From Bacteroidales bacterium (GTDB lineage: Bacteria; Bacteroidota; Bacteroidia; Bacteroidales; FEN-979), in contig OY820914.1 of NCBI GenBank assembly GCA_963682005.1, positions 4,644,979 through 4,708,978 on the forward strand: 64,000 bases of DNA, read 5' to 3'. Made by a program: the position numbers and the translations under genes. The notes under the pieces were generated by a model. The model was given only the letters and a program-made list of their open reading frames with translations, ran no database searches and was not told where the DNA came from. Of the stretch, positions 61,898 to 64,000 are shown in pieces. Position 1 is the stretch's first letter; each line of letters opens with the position of its first letter.

Positions 61898-64000
61898 TCA
61901 GGTTTTTATTCGGCGGACCGGCAGGGTAAGGAAAACAATAGTACCTTGATCTTTTCCATCTGATTCTATCCAGACTCTCCCCTTATGGATCTCAATAATC
62001 CGCTGAACAATGGCAAGGCCAACGCCCGTACCCTCACTATTGGGATCGAGCTTCTCGAAAATGTGAAAAATTCTTTTCTGGTAAGCTGGTTCGATCCCGA
62101 TACCATTGTCTTTTACCGAAATCACAAATTCTTTTTCCGTTTTGCGGATATTAATTTCCAGAACCGGCTTTTCCTTTGTATTTCTGAATTTAACCGCATT
62201 GTCAAAAAGATTTTGAAAAACATCGACAAGCCGCTGATGATCACAGCACAAAATAAAATTCTCTTCAGGAAGCCTCACTTCCATTCCTGATCCAGAAATT
62301 CGTCCGGCGACAAGCTTCAAAGCATCACTCACGATGGTGAGAAAGGACACCTCCTCAAAGGAATATGTCCTTCTGCCGATCCGGGAAAGGGCCAGGATCT
62401 CATCCAGCCTCCTGTCCATCTTTTCTGCTGCATTCTTGACATACTCCATGTCCCTGTTCATGCGCTCCTCATCATCCTTCACAAAATCCTCTTCCAGGTA
62501 TCCGAGAAAGGTTTTGATGGTCACAAGCGGGCTTTTCAGATCATGAGATACAGTATAAATAAACTGAGACATCTCCTCATTCTGGTGCTTCAATGTTTCT
62601 TCGATATTCTTGTAGGATGTAATATCCTGGATGGTACCGAACATCTTAATCACTTTCCCGTCCTCATCAATGTTCAGCTCTCCCAGCCCATGCACCCAGC
62701 GGGGAACCTCATCATTCAGCCGGATGATCCTGTACTCCATGTCAAAGGGCATCTTCTTACCGGCAACATAATCAAAAAAATAGGACTGCATCCTGTCGCG
62801 GTCTTCAGGATGGATAAAAGAAAGCCAGCTGGATATTGTTTTGGTGAAGGTCTCAGGGATACCGAAAATCTCATCAAGAGCAGAAGAACTGGTCCATGAC
62901 TGCGTTGACACATCCAGTTCATAATGTCCTACAGATGCAACGCGTTGTGACTGGCGAAGCAGTTTTTCACTTTGCCGGACCATTTCCTCGGCGATTTTAC
63001 GTTCAGTAATGACGTCAAAGACTGAAATAAAATAGCCCTGTCCGGGACTATAAACCGAAATGGAGAACCATATTGCAAGGGAGTGAACATAGATTTCGGT
63101 TTTTTCCGGCACACCTGAAAGAGCCACCCTGCCACAAATTCTGAACAGCTGATCATCCAGGACCCTGATCCCTTCTATGACCTCCGTGACTTTTTTGCCG
63201 GTTACATCCCTGATACCAATGAGATGTTCAAAGATCTTATTTACTTCAAGGAAGATAAAATCGAGTGGCTGATCGTCCTCAAAGATCATTTTGCAATAGG
63301 CAAATCCCTCCTGCATGCTGTTAAAAAGTGAATGATACCGGTTTTCACTCTCCAGCAATGCATTTTCCGCCCGCTTCCTGTCTGTGATATCACGTATGAT
63401 AAAGATCACCTGTTTTAGTCCTTCATAGTTGATGGAATGAGCACTGACTTCAACCTGAATGCAGGTACCGTCTTTCTTCATTAATCCAGATTCAAATACA
63501 ACGCCGGATGAAAAGAAGCTTATCTGATCAGCAATGCTCTTTTCTGCCGAAGGATCACTGATCTCAAGATCCGTGATCCTGAATTGAGTAATCTCATTTC
63601 CGGTATATCCGAACATACCGGAAGCCTTAACATTTGCATCTATGATCCTGAGTTCAGGATCACAGATAAGGATCGCATCGTTTGCATGCCGTGCCAGTTG
63701 CTCATACTGCAGTGCAAGGATATTTTTCTCTTTTTCCAGGGCAAGCTGCCGGCTCATGAACTTCAACTGCTGCTGCCGGGAAAAATGCGAAATTGTAAAG
63801 TAGGCAAGGATCAGGAGCAGGATTCCTGCAAAGAAATAATTCCGCCAGAGAGCGCGGTGAACGGATGCATATTCATGCTTATCGATTTTCGAAACCAGGT
63901 ACCATGGTGATTCCGGTATTTTACTGATATAGGCGAGGACTTCTGCCCCTCTGTAATCAATAGCACTGACAATGCCGGTTTTCCCTGAATATGCCATCGA
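61898..64000 (-). CDS. Multi-PAS sensor histidine kinase (HisKA + HATPase_c), probably truncated at the window edge
   Basis: One TM (FFAGILLLILAYFTISHF), 3-4 PAS blocks (RDITDRK spacers), H-box VSHDLKSPL, and the N/G boxes NLFDNAVKF and DNGIGI...GTGVGLAIV. The reading frame is still open at 64000. Confidence 0.85.
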   Translation of the reverse strand, partial: SMAYSGKTGIVSAIDYRGAEVLAYISKIPESPWYLVSKIDKHEYASVHRALWRNYFFAGILLLILAYFTISHFSRQQQLKFMSRQLALEKEKNILALQYEQLARHANDAILICDPELRIIDANVKASGMFGYTGNEITQFRITDLEISDPSAEKSIADQISFFSSGVVFESGLMKKDGTCIQVEVSAHSINYEGLKQVIFIIRDITDRKRAENALLESENRYHSLFNSMQEGFAYCKMIFEDDQPLDFIFLEVNKIFEHLIGIRDVTGKKVTEVIEGIRVLDDQLFRICGRVALSGVPEKTEIYVHSLAIWFSISVYSPGQGYFISVFDVITERKIAEEMVRQSEKLLRQSQRVASVGHYELDVSTQSWTSSSALDEIFGIPETFTKTISSWLSFIHPEDRDRMQSYFFDYVAGKKMPFDMEYRIIRLNDEVPRWVHGLGELNIDEDGKVIKMFGTIQDITSYKNIEETLKHQNEEMSQFIYTVSHDLKSPLVTIKTFLGYLEEDFVKDDEERMNRDMEYVKNAAEKMDRRLDEILALSRIGRRTYSFEEVSFLTIVSDALKLVAGRISGSGMEVRLPEENFILCCDHQRLVDVFQNLFDNAVKFRNTKEKPVLEINIRKTEKEFVISVKDNGIGIEPAYQKRIFHIFEKLDPNSEGTGVGLAIVQRIIEIHKGRVWIESDGKDQGTIVFLTLPVRRIKT

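Overview
This 64-kb window looks like a chromosomal segment of a Bacteroidota-type genome. Supporting signs are Por/T9SS C-terminal sorting domains on at least five secreted proteins, a PorT-like gene next to ubiE, the rplM-rpsI-rpsB-tsf gene order, and TAnnTTTG -7 boxes. I call about 52 protein genes, mostly on the minus strand.

Gene blocks:
- Housekeeping: katG, pfkA, frr, pyrH, secA, coaD, ubiE/menG, tsf, rpsB, rpsI and rplM.
- Plus-strand glycan-salvage block (34.2-44.9 kb): a clan GH-D-like hydrolase, cutC, a GH2 beta-galactosidase, a NahK-like N-acetylhexosamine 1-kinase and a GH20 hexosaminidase.
- Small-protein set YtxH / holin-like / coiled-coil, followed by a radical SAM/SPASM enzyme.
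- PAS histidine kinase / receiver / REC-PAS-HisKA_3 signalling module at the right edge, truncated by the window end.
- Many secreted repeat proteins: BNR/Ycf48-like propellers, a GloVer-repeat protein and a FISUMP-domain protein.

I recognised no rRNA, tRNA or CRISPR array.

Most unusual observations:
1. Nearly every intergenic spacer is filled with tandem arrays of 7-9 bp units. The units come from a small vocabulary that recurs at distant loci, and the arrays often start at a stop codon or run up to a start codon. One array is translated as the N-terminus of the GH2 enzyme. This resembles the STRR heptamer repeats of cyanobacteria, here in a Bacteroidota context.
2. There is one intact, endonuclease-less group II intron (about 20293-22224, minus strand) with textbook domains V and VI. 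At least three decayed 3'-end fragments of the same intron family sit in other spacers.
3. A 22-bp iteron-like direct-repeat array lies at 25435-25583.

All functional calls rest on motif recognition by eye. No database search was run.
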